A stretch of DNA of 64,000 bases from positions 374,001 through 438,000 of the forward strand of contig JASTWF010000341.1 in the NCBI GenBank assembly GCA_030390025.1, in the 5' to 3' direction. The notes under the pieces were generated by a model that worked only from the letters and a program-made list of their open reading frames with translations, was not told where the DNA came from and searched no databases. This document shows, piece by piece, positions 36,687 to 49,073 of this stretch. Source of the stretch: Squalus acanthias (Eukaryota). How positions within the stretch are numbered: the first letter of the stretch is position 1; each line of letters starts with the position of its first letter. Position numbers and translations under genes: made by a program.

Positions 36687-37795
36687 TTGCAACTCTGTTT
36701 GAATCTCTCCAATCAGGTTTCTGCCCCTGTCACAGTACCAAAATGGCCCAGAACCAAAGTTACAAATGACATCTCCTGTGACTGTAATCATGATGCATTA
36801 TCCCTCCTCATCCTCCTTGCAGCCTTTGACATGAAAGAAAGAAAGACTTGCATTTATATAGCGCCTTTCACAACCACCAGACGTCCCAAAGTGCTTTACA
36901 GCCAATGACGTACTTTTTGAAATTTAGTCACTGTTGTAATGCAGGAAACACGGCAGCCAATTTGCTGAGAGAGCAGACGGGGCCTCAGTTTAACGTCTCA
37001 TCCGAAAGATGGCACCTCCGACAGTGCAGCAGTCCCTCAGTACTGCACTGGAGTGTCAGCTTAGATTTTTGTGCTCAAGTGTCTGGAGTGGGACTTGAAC
37101 CCACAACCTTCTGACTCAGTCGAGGGTGCTACCAACTGAGCCATGGCTAGCACACATGGTTAACCAAACCATTCTCCTCTTCTCCGTCGTTCAGCTCAGT
37201 GTTTGCTTCCACTCTTACCTTTCTGATCGTAGTCAGAGTATCTCCAGCAATGGTTTCATTTCAACTCCCACGCTGTTACCCACAAGATCCTCCAAGGTAC
37301 TATCCTTGACCCCCCCTCCTCTTCGTCATCTATGTGCTGCCCTTTGTTGACATCATCCACAGACAAAGGGTCAGTTTCCATATGTACGCTGACAACATCC
37401 AGCTCCACCACCTCTATTAACCTCTGCACAGCCTCTGTAGTGTCAGACTGCTTGTCCAACATCCAGCCTTGAATGAGCCACAATATCCTCCATTTTAACA
37501 TGGGCAAGACTGAAGCCATTGTCTTCGGCCCCCTGCTACAAACTCCATATCCTTGCCACCAATTCCATCCCCCTCATAGCCACGATCTCAGACTGTTCGC
37601 AGTTGAATGGGCCGCTGATGTTGTGAAGTTACCTTCAGACCCCAATTCCTCTCCATCACAAAGACTGCCTACTTGCACCTGCATAACATTGCCCAACTCC
37701 TCCACTATCTCAGTCCACCTGCTGCTGAAAATCTTATTCATGCCTTTGTCATTTTCAGACTCGACGATTTCAATGCTCTCCTGACCATCTGGCAG
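36687..37795 (+). mobile_element. Degraded L2 RT fragment interrupted by a SINE
   Basis: LILLAAFD|MVNQTILL is split by the SINE; also SFHMYADNIQL and NMGKTEAIVFGP. Confidence 0.8.
36834..37150 (-). mobile_element. Deu-SINE (SacSINE1-like), internally deleted
   Basis: Reverse complement of the 2358/6578 SINE, with a (gaaa)n tail and acatg on both flanks. Confidence 0.8.
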
Positions 37796-37809
37796 CTTCT
37801 ACTCTCTGT

Positions 37810-37980
37810 AAATTTAGGAATAGGTGTAGGCCATTCAGCCCCTCGAGCCTATTCCGTCATTCAATTTGATCATGGCTGATCTGTACATCAACTCAATTTA
37901 GCCAGCTTTCTTCCATATCCCATCCATGTACTTGGTTATATCTTCAAAAAATACAATAAATTTGATCCCTGAATTTTGCC
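37810..37980 (-). mobile_element. CR1 3' UTR fragment
   Basis: taggccattcagcccctcgagcct...gatcatggctgatc is the reverse complement of the CR1 3' end seen at about 42990-43060. Confidence 0.7.
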
Positions 37981-39785
37981 AATGATCTGAAGTCATTTTA
38001 CAATCATCCAGGTCAAAGTGATCAGCTAATACAGTTCCTCCACTTTGTGTTCCCCACGTGCTTTCAGGTCCTGCTGTCTTATTTACTGTTAATACCTTCT
38101 TTCTCATCCCCCTTTCTCTTCATTATCATTTGTATTTATATTGCAAATCGTAATTATCTCTTATTCTGCTTAATATTGAGGTCCATAGAATCAGAAGTAA
38201 GCTTTGAATGGTTTTCATTAACGTCCATTTTTTTTATTGCAAAACAAGCAGCCTATGAATTTTATGAAGTACTTAATTCCATTTTGGTTGAAGTAGAGAC
38301 TTGATAAATTCTCCCACTCAAGAATTCTTACAATTTACTCAATTTGTTATTTTTATCACATCTAATGGCCAAAGATTTGGATTGAAACCAGTTAGGGCAA
38401 TTGCTTCTCTACTGTTAATTAATCAATTGGTTCATTATGTGTACTATAAAACGAGCTAGTGCTGGAACTTACCAACTAAAGTAACATACTTTGTAAAATA
38501 ATATACCATATTTTGACAGAATACTGAAGTAATTTGGTGTGTGTGCTTGTATTTATATAATTTTTAAAAATGGTATTTGCACCCTTACTTCCTGTTGATA
38601 CTTATGTGTCAACATTCCCCATTGTAAATTACTATGTCCACATTTCCCATTAAGTTTTCCTTTGTCAACTTTCACCAAAGGTTGATGATAACCCAAATGA
38701 ATCACTCAAAATGCTTTTTCAAAAAAAAATTATCTGCAATTTTTTTCTTAGTAACTAAAATATCTGATATCCAAAATAAGGTTTTAAACAAAACTTAAAA
38801 ATAAAAATGTATATTTCATTAAAACATGATTAAATTGATCAGTTAAATTGTTTTTATGTTTTTTAATACCTTCATTAAAGTTTTTTCTTGACGCCCTCAG
38901 TTTCTGGCAAATGCCTAGGCCTTAACTTGATCAGAGCAATAGCCAAAAGCAGATCCTGCTGTCTGAGCATCTGCAGTGTGCCCAATTTTCCAGGATACAT
39001 TCATAGTAGCATTTAAGCAGCCAAATAATAAATGGTTGTCTCTAAGTCTCCAAAAAATCAATTATGGTTATTTTTCAAAATTGAAGAAAAGCTGGAGGAC
39101 AAATCTGAAAAGCTTTATTTAGGTAACATTTATATTTTCTTTTTAAACATGCATGTGTGTGTGTGAGAGAGACAGACTAGTGATGATATACCGATTGTAG
39201 CTTATTTTTCAAGTTATATACACTCTAACCCAGGTGTATTACACTGAGAGACAAACAGAAACAGCGTGTTACTTCATCCTAATAGCCGTTCTTCAAAAGA
39301 AAATCAATTTTGAAATCAAATATCTTCCAATTAATCCCTTTGATTCGTTGATTCTATTTAATAACATCAGTGAAATAGAGAGAGAAAGAGAGGGGCGGAT
39401 AAAAAGAGACAGAGAAAAAGAGAGAGACACAGTTTCTTTCTTCATCCTAATTTGAATTCTTTAAAAAAAAGTGTTGAATTTTGAAAGCAAATAGAAAGCC
39501 TCCAATTATCCTTGATTAACACCTGTATTTTGTTGATTGTTAGAAAATGTAAACGTTCCAATTACTGATGACTGATATGTCAAAGACATGCCTCCAATAT
39601 TACTTTCATTGATTTTAATAGACTTTTATACCATTTTTCATCTTGATAACTTGTTAACTTCTCAATAACACATTTGGCAAAATTATTTTTTTAAGCTTTT
39701 GACAGGTCTTCAACATATTCATAAAGTGTTCGATCAGAATCTACCATTTGGCGCATTCATTAATGTTCTCTGATATGATCTTTAG

Positions 39786-39929
39786 GGAGAATTGCATTGA
39801 GTCCCAGAAGGTGCAGATGGAAGAGATGGAGCAAACTGTTGAGATACTGAGAGAACAGATTATGAGGAAGGATAAAGAATATGAGGAGTCTCTTCTGCAT
39901 CTCAGAGAGCATCAAGCAACAGGACAGAG
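39786..39929 (+). CDS. RPGRIP1L: RPGRIP1L coding exon 5
   Basis: ctttag|G GAG AAT...CAGAG|gtaaaa, 144 nt; ENCIESQKVQMEEMEQTVEILREQIMRKDKEYEESLLHLREHQATGQR. Confidence 0.95.
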
Positions 39930-40134
39930 GTAAAAAATGAAGCTCTTGGGGACCAAATTATATTTAAGACATTTGAACTTTTATTTTGTAATTGTAGCCA
40001 GCAAGACAATAATTGCACATTGTTATTTTAGGTTAGTTTTTTTTCTATAATTTGATTTGTCTATTTGTAAAAAAAACTTGCAGTATTACATTCTGAAAAA
40101 GCTTCCAGAATTCAGTTTCTCAAAACACAATTGT

Positions 40135-43076
40135 TGTCAGGGTGTAAATCAAACAGGGCCACAGTAAATAATAATTCTAAAAGGTCTAAGAGTGTTAAAA
40201 AAACAAGCCTGAAGGCTTTGTGTCTTAATGCGAGGAGCATTCGTAATAAGGTGGATGAATTATCTGCACAAATGGATGTAAACGGATATGATATAATTGG
40301 AATTACGGAGACATGACTCCAGGGTGACCAAGGCTGGGAATTCAACATCCAGGGGTATTCAATATTCAGGAAGGACAGGCAAAAAGGAAAAGGAGGTGGG
40401 GTAGCATTGCTGGTTAAAGAGATTAACACAATAGTAAGGAAGGATATTAGCGCTGATGATGTGGAATCTGTATGGGTAGAGCTGAGAAATACCAAGGGGC
40501 AGAAAATGTTAGTGGGAGTTGTATACAGACCCCCAAACAGTAATGCTGAGGTTGGGGATGGCATTAAACGGGAAATTAGAGACGCGTGCAATAAGGGCAC
40601 AGCAGTCATTATGGGTGACTTCAATCTACATATAGATTGGGCTAACCAAGTTAGTAACAATACTGTGGAGGAGGAATTTCTAGAGTGTATACGGGATGGT
40701 TTCCTGGACCAATATGTCGAGGAACCAACTAAAGATCAGGCCATCTTAGACTGGGTATTTTGTAATGAGAAAGGATTCATTAGCAATCTTGTTGTGTGAG
40801 GCCCCTTGGGGAGGAGCGATCATAATATGATAGAATTCGTCATTGAGATGGAGAGTCAAGTAGTTGACTCAGAGACTGCGGTCCTGAATTTAAATAAAGG
40901 AAACTACGATGGTATGAGGCACGAGTTGGCTAGGATGGATTGGGGAGCGTTACTTAAAGGGTTGACGGTGGATAGGTAATGGCAAACATTTAAAGATCGC
41001 ATGGATGGACTACAGAATTTGTTCATCCCTGTTTGGCATAAAAATAAAACAAAAAAGGTGACTCAACCGTGGCTAACAAGGGAAATTAGGGATAGCATAA
41101 GATCCAAGGAGAGGACATATAAATTGGCCAGAAAAAGCAGCAAATCTGAGGATTGGGAGCAGTTTAGGATTCAGCAAAGGAGGATTAAGAGGGGGAAAAT
41201 AGAATTTGAGAGTAAGCTTTCAGGGAACATAAAAACTGACTGTAAAAGCTTCTATAGATATGTGAAGAGAAAAAGATTGGTGAGGTCAAGCGTAGGTCCC
41301 TTGCAGTCAGAATCAGGGGAATTTATAATGGGGAACAAAGAAATGGCAGACCAATTAAATACATACTTTGGTTCTGTCTTCACAAAGGAGGACACAAATA
41401 ACCTCCCAGAGATGTCGGGGAACATAGGGTCTAATGAGAGGGGGGAATTGAATGAAATCAGTATTTGTAGGGAAATGGTGTTAGGGAAATTGACGGGATT
41501 GAAGGTCGATAAATCCCCAGGGCCTGATAATCTACATCCTAGGGTACTTAAGGAAGTGGCCCTAGAAATAGTAGATGCATTGCTGGTCATCTTCCAAAAT
41601 TCTATAGACTCTGGAACAGATCCCATGGATTGGAGGGTAGCTAATGTTACCCCACTATTTAAAAAAGGTGGTAGAGAGAAAACGGGGAATTATAGACCGG
41701 TAAGCCTGACATTGATAGTGGGGAAAATGCTAGAGTCCATTATAAAAGATGTAATAGCAGAGCACTTGGAAAACAGTGACAGGATCAGACAAAGTCAACA
41801 TGGATTTACAAAAGGTAAATCATGCTTGATTAATCTCCTGGAATTTTTTGATGATGTAACTGGTAGAATAGATAAGGGTATTTGGACTTTCAGAAGGCTT
41901 TTGATAAGGTCCCGCATAAGAGATTGGCGTGCAAAGTTAAAGCACATGGGATTGGTGGTAAGGTACTGACTTGGATAGAGAATTGGTTGGCAGACAGGAA
42001 GCAAAGAGTTGGAATAAACGGGTCTTTTTCCGAGTGGCAAGCAGTGACTAGTGGGGTACCGCAGGGATCGATGCTAGGACCCCAGCTATTCACAATATAT
42101 ATTAATGATCTAGACGAGGGAACTAGATGTAATATCTCCAAGTTTGCAGACGACACAAAGCTGGGTGGGCGTGTGTGCTGTGAGGAGGATGCAGAGCAAC
42201 TCCAGGATGATTTGGACAGGTTGGGTGATTGGGCAGATGCATGGCAGATGCAGTATAATGTGGATAAATGCGAGGTTATCCAATTTGGTGGCAAAAACAG
42301 GAAGACAGATTATTATCTGAACGGCAATAGATTGGGAAAAGGGGAAGTGCAACGAGACCTGGGTGTCCTTGTGCACCAGTCGCTGAAGGTAAGTATGCAG
42401 GTGCAGCAGGCGGTTAAGAAGGCACATGGTATGTTGGCCTTCATAGCGAGAGGATTCGAGTACAGGAGCAAGGATATCTTGCTGCAGTTGTACAGGGCCT
42501 TGGTGAGACCACACCTTGAGTATTGTGTGCAGTTTTGGTCGCCTTATCTGAGAAAGGATGTTCTTGCCATGGAGGGAGTGCAGCGAAGATTCACCAGACT
42601 GATACCTGGGATGGCAGGAATGACGTATAAAGAGAGATTGGGTCGATTAGGCTTATATTCGCTAGAGTTTAGAAGAATGAGAGGGGATCTCATTGAAACT
42701 TATAAAATTCTAACAGGACTAGACAGACTAGATGCAGGAAGAATGTTCCCGATGGCGGGGGAGTCCAGAACCAAGGATCACAGTCTAAGGATAAGGGGTA
42801 AGCCATTTAGGACTGAGATGAGGAGGAATTTCTTCACCCAGAGAGTGGTGAACCTGTGGAATTCTCTACCACAGAAGGCAGTTGAGGCCAATTCATTAAA
42901 TATATTCAAGAAGGAGTTAGATATATTTCTTAAGGCTAAAGGGACCAAGGGATATGGGGAGAAAGCAGGGACAGGGTACTGAATTTGGATGATCAACCAT
43001 GATCGCATTAAATGGCGGAACAGGCTCGAGGGGCCGAATGGCCGACTCCTGCTCCTATCTTCTATGTTTCTATGTC
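40135..43076 (+). mobile_element. CR1 LINE, nearly complete ORF2 (APE plus RT) with stops and frameshifts
   Basis: LNARSIRNK, GITET*, YRPPN, GDFN, SDHN, PGPD, DFQKAFDKVPH, GVPQGS, FADDTKL; 3' tail ttctatgtttctatgt. Confidence 0.95.
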
Positions 43077-43655
43077 AGCACAATATAGTCACTAAAACCC
43101 GCAATGATCAGTAAATCAATAGGAGTCACTATCATTGTAGTTTTGAAGTAAAAACATTCTCTAACAATTAAATCCCCTACTTTTGAAATAAGCTGTACAA
43201 TTTATTTCTGTTTGGCTCTTGCTGTAAAATCAGTAGTAATTTAAAATGTGTTTCTGTTAATGGCTACTGTTAGATTAAAAAATCGTCACTGCTTGTTTAT
43301 AATAAAATCCCAGCCTGAATAAAATTGTTGTCCATCAACATTTATAGCTCCAGATTCAATGTTAATTAATCATTATACAGTAAACTATTTTGCATGTGCC
43401 ATGAAAGACGCAGTAAGTAAGAAGCTTAAATTGTATTGATTTTTATGAATATTCAATGTTTACCAAAGCCAAAAAACAAGATGTTAATAAATGAACTTAA
43501 GTGGAACAGAGTCTACTTAAATTTAGTAAATGAAAAAAACCTTTTTGTCATGTAATGTTAGTGGTGTCATGCTGAGATTTAGTTCACACAATTGTGTTTG
43601 AATCCCATTCATGACTGATTTGAACTCAGTCCCTTTCATTGGATGAATTCACAAG

Positions 43656-44319
43656 GGGGAAAAATTGGGCTGGTTTGCGCCTCTCGTTAGCGCCCCCGGG
43701 AGGCGTTAACGGGGCACAAATCCCCAGGCGCGGCACCGCTAACGCCTCCCGCGAAATTCAGCGGGAGGCTAGCGTCGGTGGTAGCCGGTAGCGCCGCTGG
43801 CGATGATGTCATCGCCGTGCGCAGTGCCCCGCTTGCACCCCGGGCGCAAACTTCCCTTGCGCCCCCTGACCTATCGCTGGACGATATGTCCAACAGGATC
43901 AGGGGGCGTTTTTGTAGCGGTGGCGGCGCTACTTAAAGGGCAGGTGTCGGGCGGCCATTTTTATTTTGGCCAACTGCCAGCACCTGCCCCCTTTCACTTT
44001 TTTATGTGGGGTGCTGGCCGCAATCGCTCTGTTTTCACGGCACCCCGCTCCCCGGTGGTCCAGCAGGGCCCCGGTGCGTGCAGCACTAGGCCCCTCCTCT
44101 TTAATCAGGGGAGGAGGCCTGCAATGACGCGGCGCTACACGTAGCACCGTGAAATTCAGTACTAGCGCCCCAAGCATGAGGTGGATCGCTTTCCAGTAGC
44201 ACCCCTTTTCCTGCTTGGGGTGCTACTACTGAATTTATGGCGGTGGGGCGCTAACTTTTTCGGGGCGCTAAACCCGGCGACGTTAGCGTCCCAAAATGGG
44301 TGCCACCCAATTTTTCCCC
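43656..44319. mobile_element. CpG-rich Harbinger-like MITE
   Basis: Perfect 14-bp TIR ggggaaaaattggg / cccaatttttcccc, with repeated tagcgcc/ggcgcta motifs inside. Confidence 0.8.
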
Positions 44320-44454
44320 TTAGCCAGCTGCTGTTTGGAGCACTCCAGCTCAGATGGGGAAAATTATTTCCATTTCAGGGAAGTAGTTGAATGATATCAG
44401 CAATACAGCTGCCATAGAGAAGTCTACAAACCAAATCATCCACCTTATCACCTG

Positions 44455-44846
44455 AAGAAAGACTTGCATTTATATAGCGCCTTTCACAACCTCAGGCTGC
44501 CCCAAAGTGCTTTACAGCTAATAAAGCACTTTTGAAGTGAAGTCACTGTTGTAATTTAGGAAGCATGACAGCTAAATTGCACACAGCAATGTCCCACAAA
44601 CAGCAATGTGATAAAAACCAGATAATCTATTTTAATGATCTTGGTTGAGGGATAAATAATGGCCAGGACACTGGGGTGAACTCCCCTGCTCTTCTTCGAA
44701 ATAGTGCCATGGGATAATTTACATCTGCCCTCTGGGGCCTCAGTTTAACGTCTCATCTGAAAGGCAGCACCTCAGACAGTGCAGTATTCCCTCAGTAGTC
44801 CACTGGAGTCTAGATTTTGTGCTCAAGTCCATGGAGTGAGACTTGA
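44455..44846 (-). mobile_element. Deu-SINE (SacSINE1-like), 5'-truncated
   Basis: gaaagacttgcatttatatagcgcctttcac...atagtgccatggga...gtgctcaagtc; reverse complement of the 6578 SINE. Confidence 0.8.
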
Positions 44847-45399
44847 GAAGGAATTGTGGTTGTGGATGGTAGCTGTGGGATCAAACATGGGGAGAAATCC
44901 TTCAGTTTCACACCCAGAACCAGGTGAAGCACAACTAATGCTAATAAACTGGAAAGATCAAAAATTACCTCAATTATAAGCTAGAAACTACGGTCAGGGC
45001 GTACCTTGACAGATCGCAAGTTCCAGGTTTCACGCATGTGGAAAGCCAGAAGTTGCAGGGCCTTTCAGATGGATTACGACAGCGTACGCTAAGCGTACAC
45101 CGTCAAAGACACCGCAGTTTCAGGGCCAATATCTCATACATTTGATATTAAAATTAAGCAATTTTGAATCTTAGAATTGATCAATATTCTTTTGAAACTG
45201 TATAAAGGATTTAATGTACTGCTTTGATAATGGAACATTATTTGTTTAGCTTTCCCTTTATTCTTATCCAACATTTTCCAAGTTATATACTCCTCATTTG
45301 AGGTGTTTTGTACCAAATGCTGGGATAGATTTTCAGCTGGATTTTATGAGTAACGTAAAATGTTATACAATATAGAGTAGGTAAATCTAGTACATTACT

Positions 45400-45640
45400 T
45401 CAAGGTAAACCCTGACAGTAGAACAAGGGGTCTGGCAAAGGGCAACTTTAGTACTGATGTCAGGAAGTTCTTCTCCATCCAAAGAGTAATCAACACTTGG
45501 AATGGGCTTCCAAATAGGATGGCGAATGCAATAACGTTGGAATCATTTAAAAGACATTTGAATGCTGTGATGGAGAGGACTGTGGGGTTTTTTGAGAGGT
45601 GCCAAGTTTAGCAAATAACCTTCCTCATCCATATTTATCT
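45400..45640 (+). mobile_element. Old CR1 3' fragment
   Basis: FSTDVRKFFSIQRVINTWNGLP...ESFKRHLN, similar to about 14380-14580. Confidence 0.6.
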
Positions 45641-45686
45641 TTTCATTTCAATTCTGATATTGTGCAGTGTACGAGAAAAAAATAAC

Positions 45687-46230
45687 GGGCCTAAATTCAA
45701 AAGCGCTCGATGTCAGGCACGCTGGACTCACGCGCCATAAGAGAGAAGAGGCCCAAGGACCATCCTAAATTCGTCCTCTGGTCTTACCGGAACAAATCCG
45801 GTGAAGTGCCAATTGGGCCCTTCGATTCTCAGCCAGCTTGGACAACAAAACGGTCTGGGAGGTGGGAGGGGATGCAAGCAGGAAGGGGGCGAGCGTAGGC
45901 TGGCAGCAGCCCGCAGTTTTACTGTGGAGGCAGGACGAATACGTCTACTCCTCCTTGTTCCATATTAAGGTAAAAAAAAATTTAAACATACCTGCCAGCT
46001 TCTTTGGCAGCCTCCAGCAGTCCCTTTAAAGACTGCTGGTTAGGCCGCTGTAGAGCCTGAAAAACTAATCAGAGCTTGCGCGGCACAAGCTACGACTAAT
46101 CTTAATGGTGCAGGACCCTCATTTCAAAAAGGTCCTTGACGCCCATGCAAGTCGGGCACAGACCGTCACTCTACTAAATTCATTATTGCTGCGCCCATAA
46201 AACAAGCGCAATGACGTTGAATTTATGCCC
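45687..46230. mobile_element. Harbinger-like MITE
   Basis: TIR gggcctaaattcaa / ttgaatttatgccc (13/14 match), TAA near both ends. Confidence 0.72.
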
Positions 46231-46299
46231 TAATGTTTATGTATACTTGTATTTTCTGTGTATATATAATGTATACGAGTTTACTTGTTGCATGGTAAT

Positions 46300-46660
46300 T
46301 GTACCTCTAACCTCCTCCAGCCCCACAACCCTCCGAGATCTCTGCGCTCCTCCAATTCTGACCTCATGTGCATCTCCTATTTTAATCGATCCACCTATGG
46401 CGGCTGTGCCTTCAGCTGCCTAGGCCCTAAGCTCTGAAATTCTCTCCCTAAACCTCTCCACCTCTCTCTCCTCCTTTAAGACTCTCCTTAAAACCTATCT
46501 CTTTGACAAGCTTTTGGTCATCTGTCCTAATATCCCCTTATGTGGCTCGGTGTCAAATTTTGTTTGATAATGCCCCTGTGAAATGCCTTGGGACATTTTA
46601 CTGCATTAAAGGCGCTACATAAATGCAAGTTGTTGTTGATGTTGATGTTGTTTGTTGTTG
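46300..46660 (+). mobile_element. L2 LINE 3' end
   Basis: Reverse-complement match to 12338-12690, with a (gtt)n tail. Confidence 0.85.
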
Positions 46661-46682
46661 TGCCTAGGATATATGTATACTA

Positions 46683-49073
46683 CAGGAAATTCTTTGGCAT
46701 CCGGCACCGATGGGACCGGGGTGGTGCCGGTTGAATAAAAATTCCAGATAACAGAGAGTTATATCTACCGAGGCTATTTTTAACAAACAAAAATTTAAAA
46801 AATCAAGAAATGTGCAGTATACAGTAATTGGGTACTCACCTACAGAATGTTGTGTTAAATGGATGGTGGAAGATGCTTGATTAAGTACAGTACTGCCAGT
46901 TGAGGGTAATCCATAACTCTTTAATTACTTAACAGTAAAACAAAACTTATAAACGACTGTATACAGTACTGTAGTTGACTGTACACTTATTCCAAGTCAG
47001 CTGGTTCATCAGGAATATCCATGCCAGCTGGGTCATCAGGATCATGCACTTCAACAGATTCTTCAGGCACTTCCGCTGCTTCAACTCTTTTGGAAGCTTT
47101 CTTAAACATGTCCCGGATGTCTGCTTGCTTAGTGGACTCTTGCCTTTTCTGTAGAAAGGTGGACTGCAGAATATGGAGGTGCATAACTTCTTGGGCAGAG
47201 TAGCAAGGCTGCCTTTCAGCAAATTGGAGGATTGAAGTAAATCCTTCTGCAGCTTTAGCCCAAGAAATCTTCTTCTCTTCAGAAATCTCATCCTCTTCAC
47301 TTTCCATCTCACTTTCCTTTTCTTTCTTTGGATTCAAAACATTCTCAATTATTTCATCATCACTTAGCATATGCACAACAGCAACTTCTCTATCTGCATC
47401 AACCCACTGCTCGATATCACTTTCACTGAGGTGACGTAGAGGGTTTGCTGGGCCTACATTTTTCACCATGCCTGCCATTTCCATTATTGTACTCTTCTTG
47501 GGACGAACATTGAACCCATGAAATTCCTCCTCCTCTGAAGAACCTTCAACAAACATTACAGAAGGCCACAATTTGCACCAGCCTTGCCTCAGAGTGTGAC
47601 TTTCACCAAGTTCCAGGAACATGCAACATTATAGATGGCATCTTTAAGATTGTATTCCTTCTGAAATGCGTGAATATTGTCATCTTGGTTTATCAGTTTA
47701 CGTAGGAAGTCTTTCTTGTAATGACACTTCAGATTTTGGATAACGCCCTGGTCCATGGGTTGCATGAGAGAAGTTACATTTGGTGGCAAATAAATGGTGA
47801 AAATATTTCCCGAAACCAACTCGGATTCATGCGGATGGGCTCTACAATTATCAAGCAATAAAATGCATTTGCTATCTTCAGGTTTCCCTATTTTACGGAA
47901 ATGTTCCCTCACAGATGGAACAAAAATATGATGGAACCAATATGAAAAGATTTCCTTATCCATCCAAGCATTTTTTTGAGCTTTGTACTCAACAGGTAAG
48001 TGCCTCACATTTTTAAATGCACGGGGATTTTTATATTTCCCAATAACAGGAAGTTTAACCCGGTGTGATCCAGCAGCGTTCGCACATGTTAGCACGGTTA
48101 CACGATCTTTATTTTTCTTGTAACCTGAAGCATTAGCCTCACTAGCCCCAGCGAGCGTTGATTCTGGCAAAAACCTCCAAAATAAGCCAGCTTCATCGGC
48201 ATTATATATCTGTGCTGGCGATAAATCATGTTGCTGCACAATCCAATTGAAATAATCGCAGTATTCTTCTGCGGCGTCATGATCAGCTGATTTCTTCTCC
48301 CCGGAAATATCGAGTCGTCGTATCCCGTGCCGTAACTTGTAGCACGTTAGCCATCCCTCGGAGAAAGCACACTTGTCAGTGAGCTCCATCCTTACTTAGA
48401 AATCCTTTGCTTTCTCGATTAGCATGGGTCCGGAAAGTGGAACACCCTCTGAACGCTTAAGAGAAAACTACTCATAAAGCACGGTATCCAGCTCTTCAAG
48501 CTTAGGCTTATGAAGCGTACGCCGTTTCTCTACACTCTTAGATGTCTCCGAGCTTGAATAAAACTTGAGCAGCTTATCCTTCTGCGATTTGATGTCGTAG
48601 ATTGTTGACGAACCGATTTTGAATTCATTCATAATGTTGATACGCTTCTCTCCCCTTTCTAGTCGTTGGCATATCTCGATTTTCTGTTTTAAAGTTAACA
48701 CCACTCTCTTCCTTTTGCTTGGACCAACTTTTGGGAATTCTATAATGCAAGATGGGGGAGATAATTCACGATAAAGATGGAGAGACACACAGAAAAATGG
48801 TGGATCGGAAGAGACTACCAGCAGCGCGGGAGACACACAGTAAAATGGCGGATCAGAAGAGACTACCGGCAGCGCGGGAGAATCAGACTCCTGTTATTGC
48901 GGTGTTCGGACTTCCGACAGCGCCAGGAAGCCGAGTAGTGGCACTTTGGAGAACTACCCCCACTGACTAACTCGGCGTTCGCGGGAGACTCGGACTTGGA
49001 CTCGGCAACATTGCCGGTTATTGAGGAGTTGTTTTCGGAGTATGAATTTTGCTGTTTAAACGAGAGTTTCCTG
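46683..49073 (-). mobile_element. Tigger/pogo (Tc1/mariner superfamily) DNA transposon, near full length
   Basis: ta|caggaaattctttggcatccggca ... aaacgagagtttcctg|ta. The right TIR is shortened by a deletion. Encodes a decayed transposase. Confidence 0.93.
46987..48744 (-). pseudogene. Tigger/jerky-like transposase (HTH-psq, CENP-B HTH, DDE_1) with a stop and two frameshifts
   Basis: [15 protein letters not shown]...[10 protein letters not shown], then LDTVLYE* (TAG at 48468-48470), [50 protein letters not shown]. Frames shift near 48390 and 47600. Confidence 0.93.

Noticed and set aside
41882..42982. Intact, active reverse transcriptase gene
   Set aside because: This is only the C-terminal part of a CR1 ORF2. 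Upstream there are stops (e.g. about 40314 and 40797) and a deletion/frameshift at about 41878.
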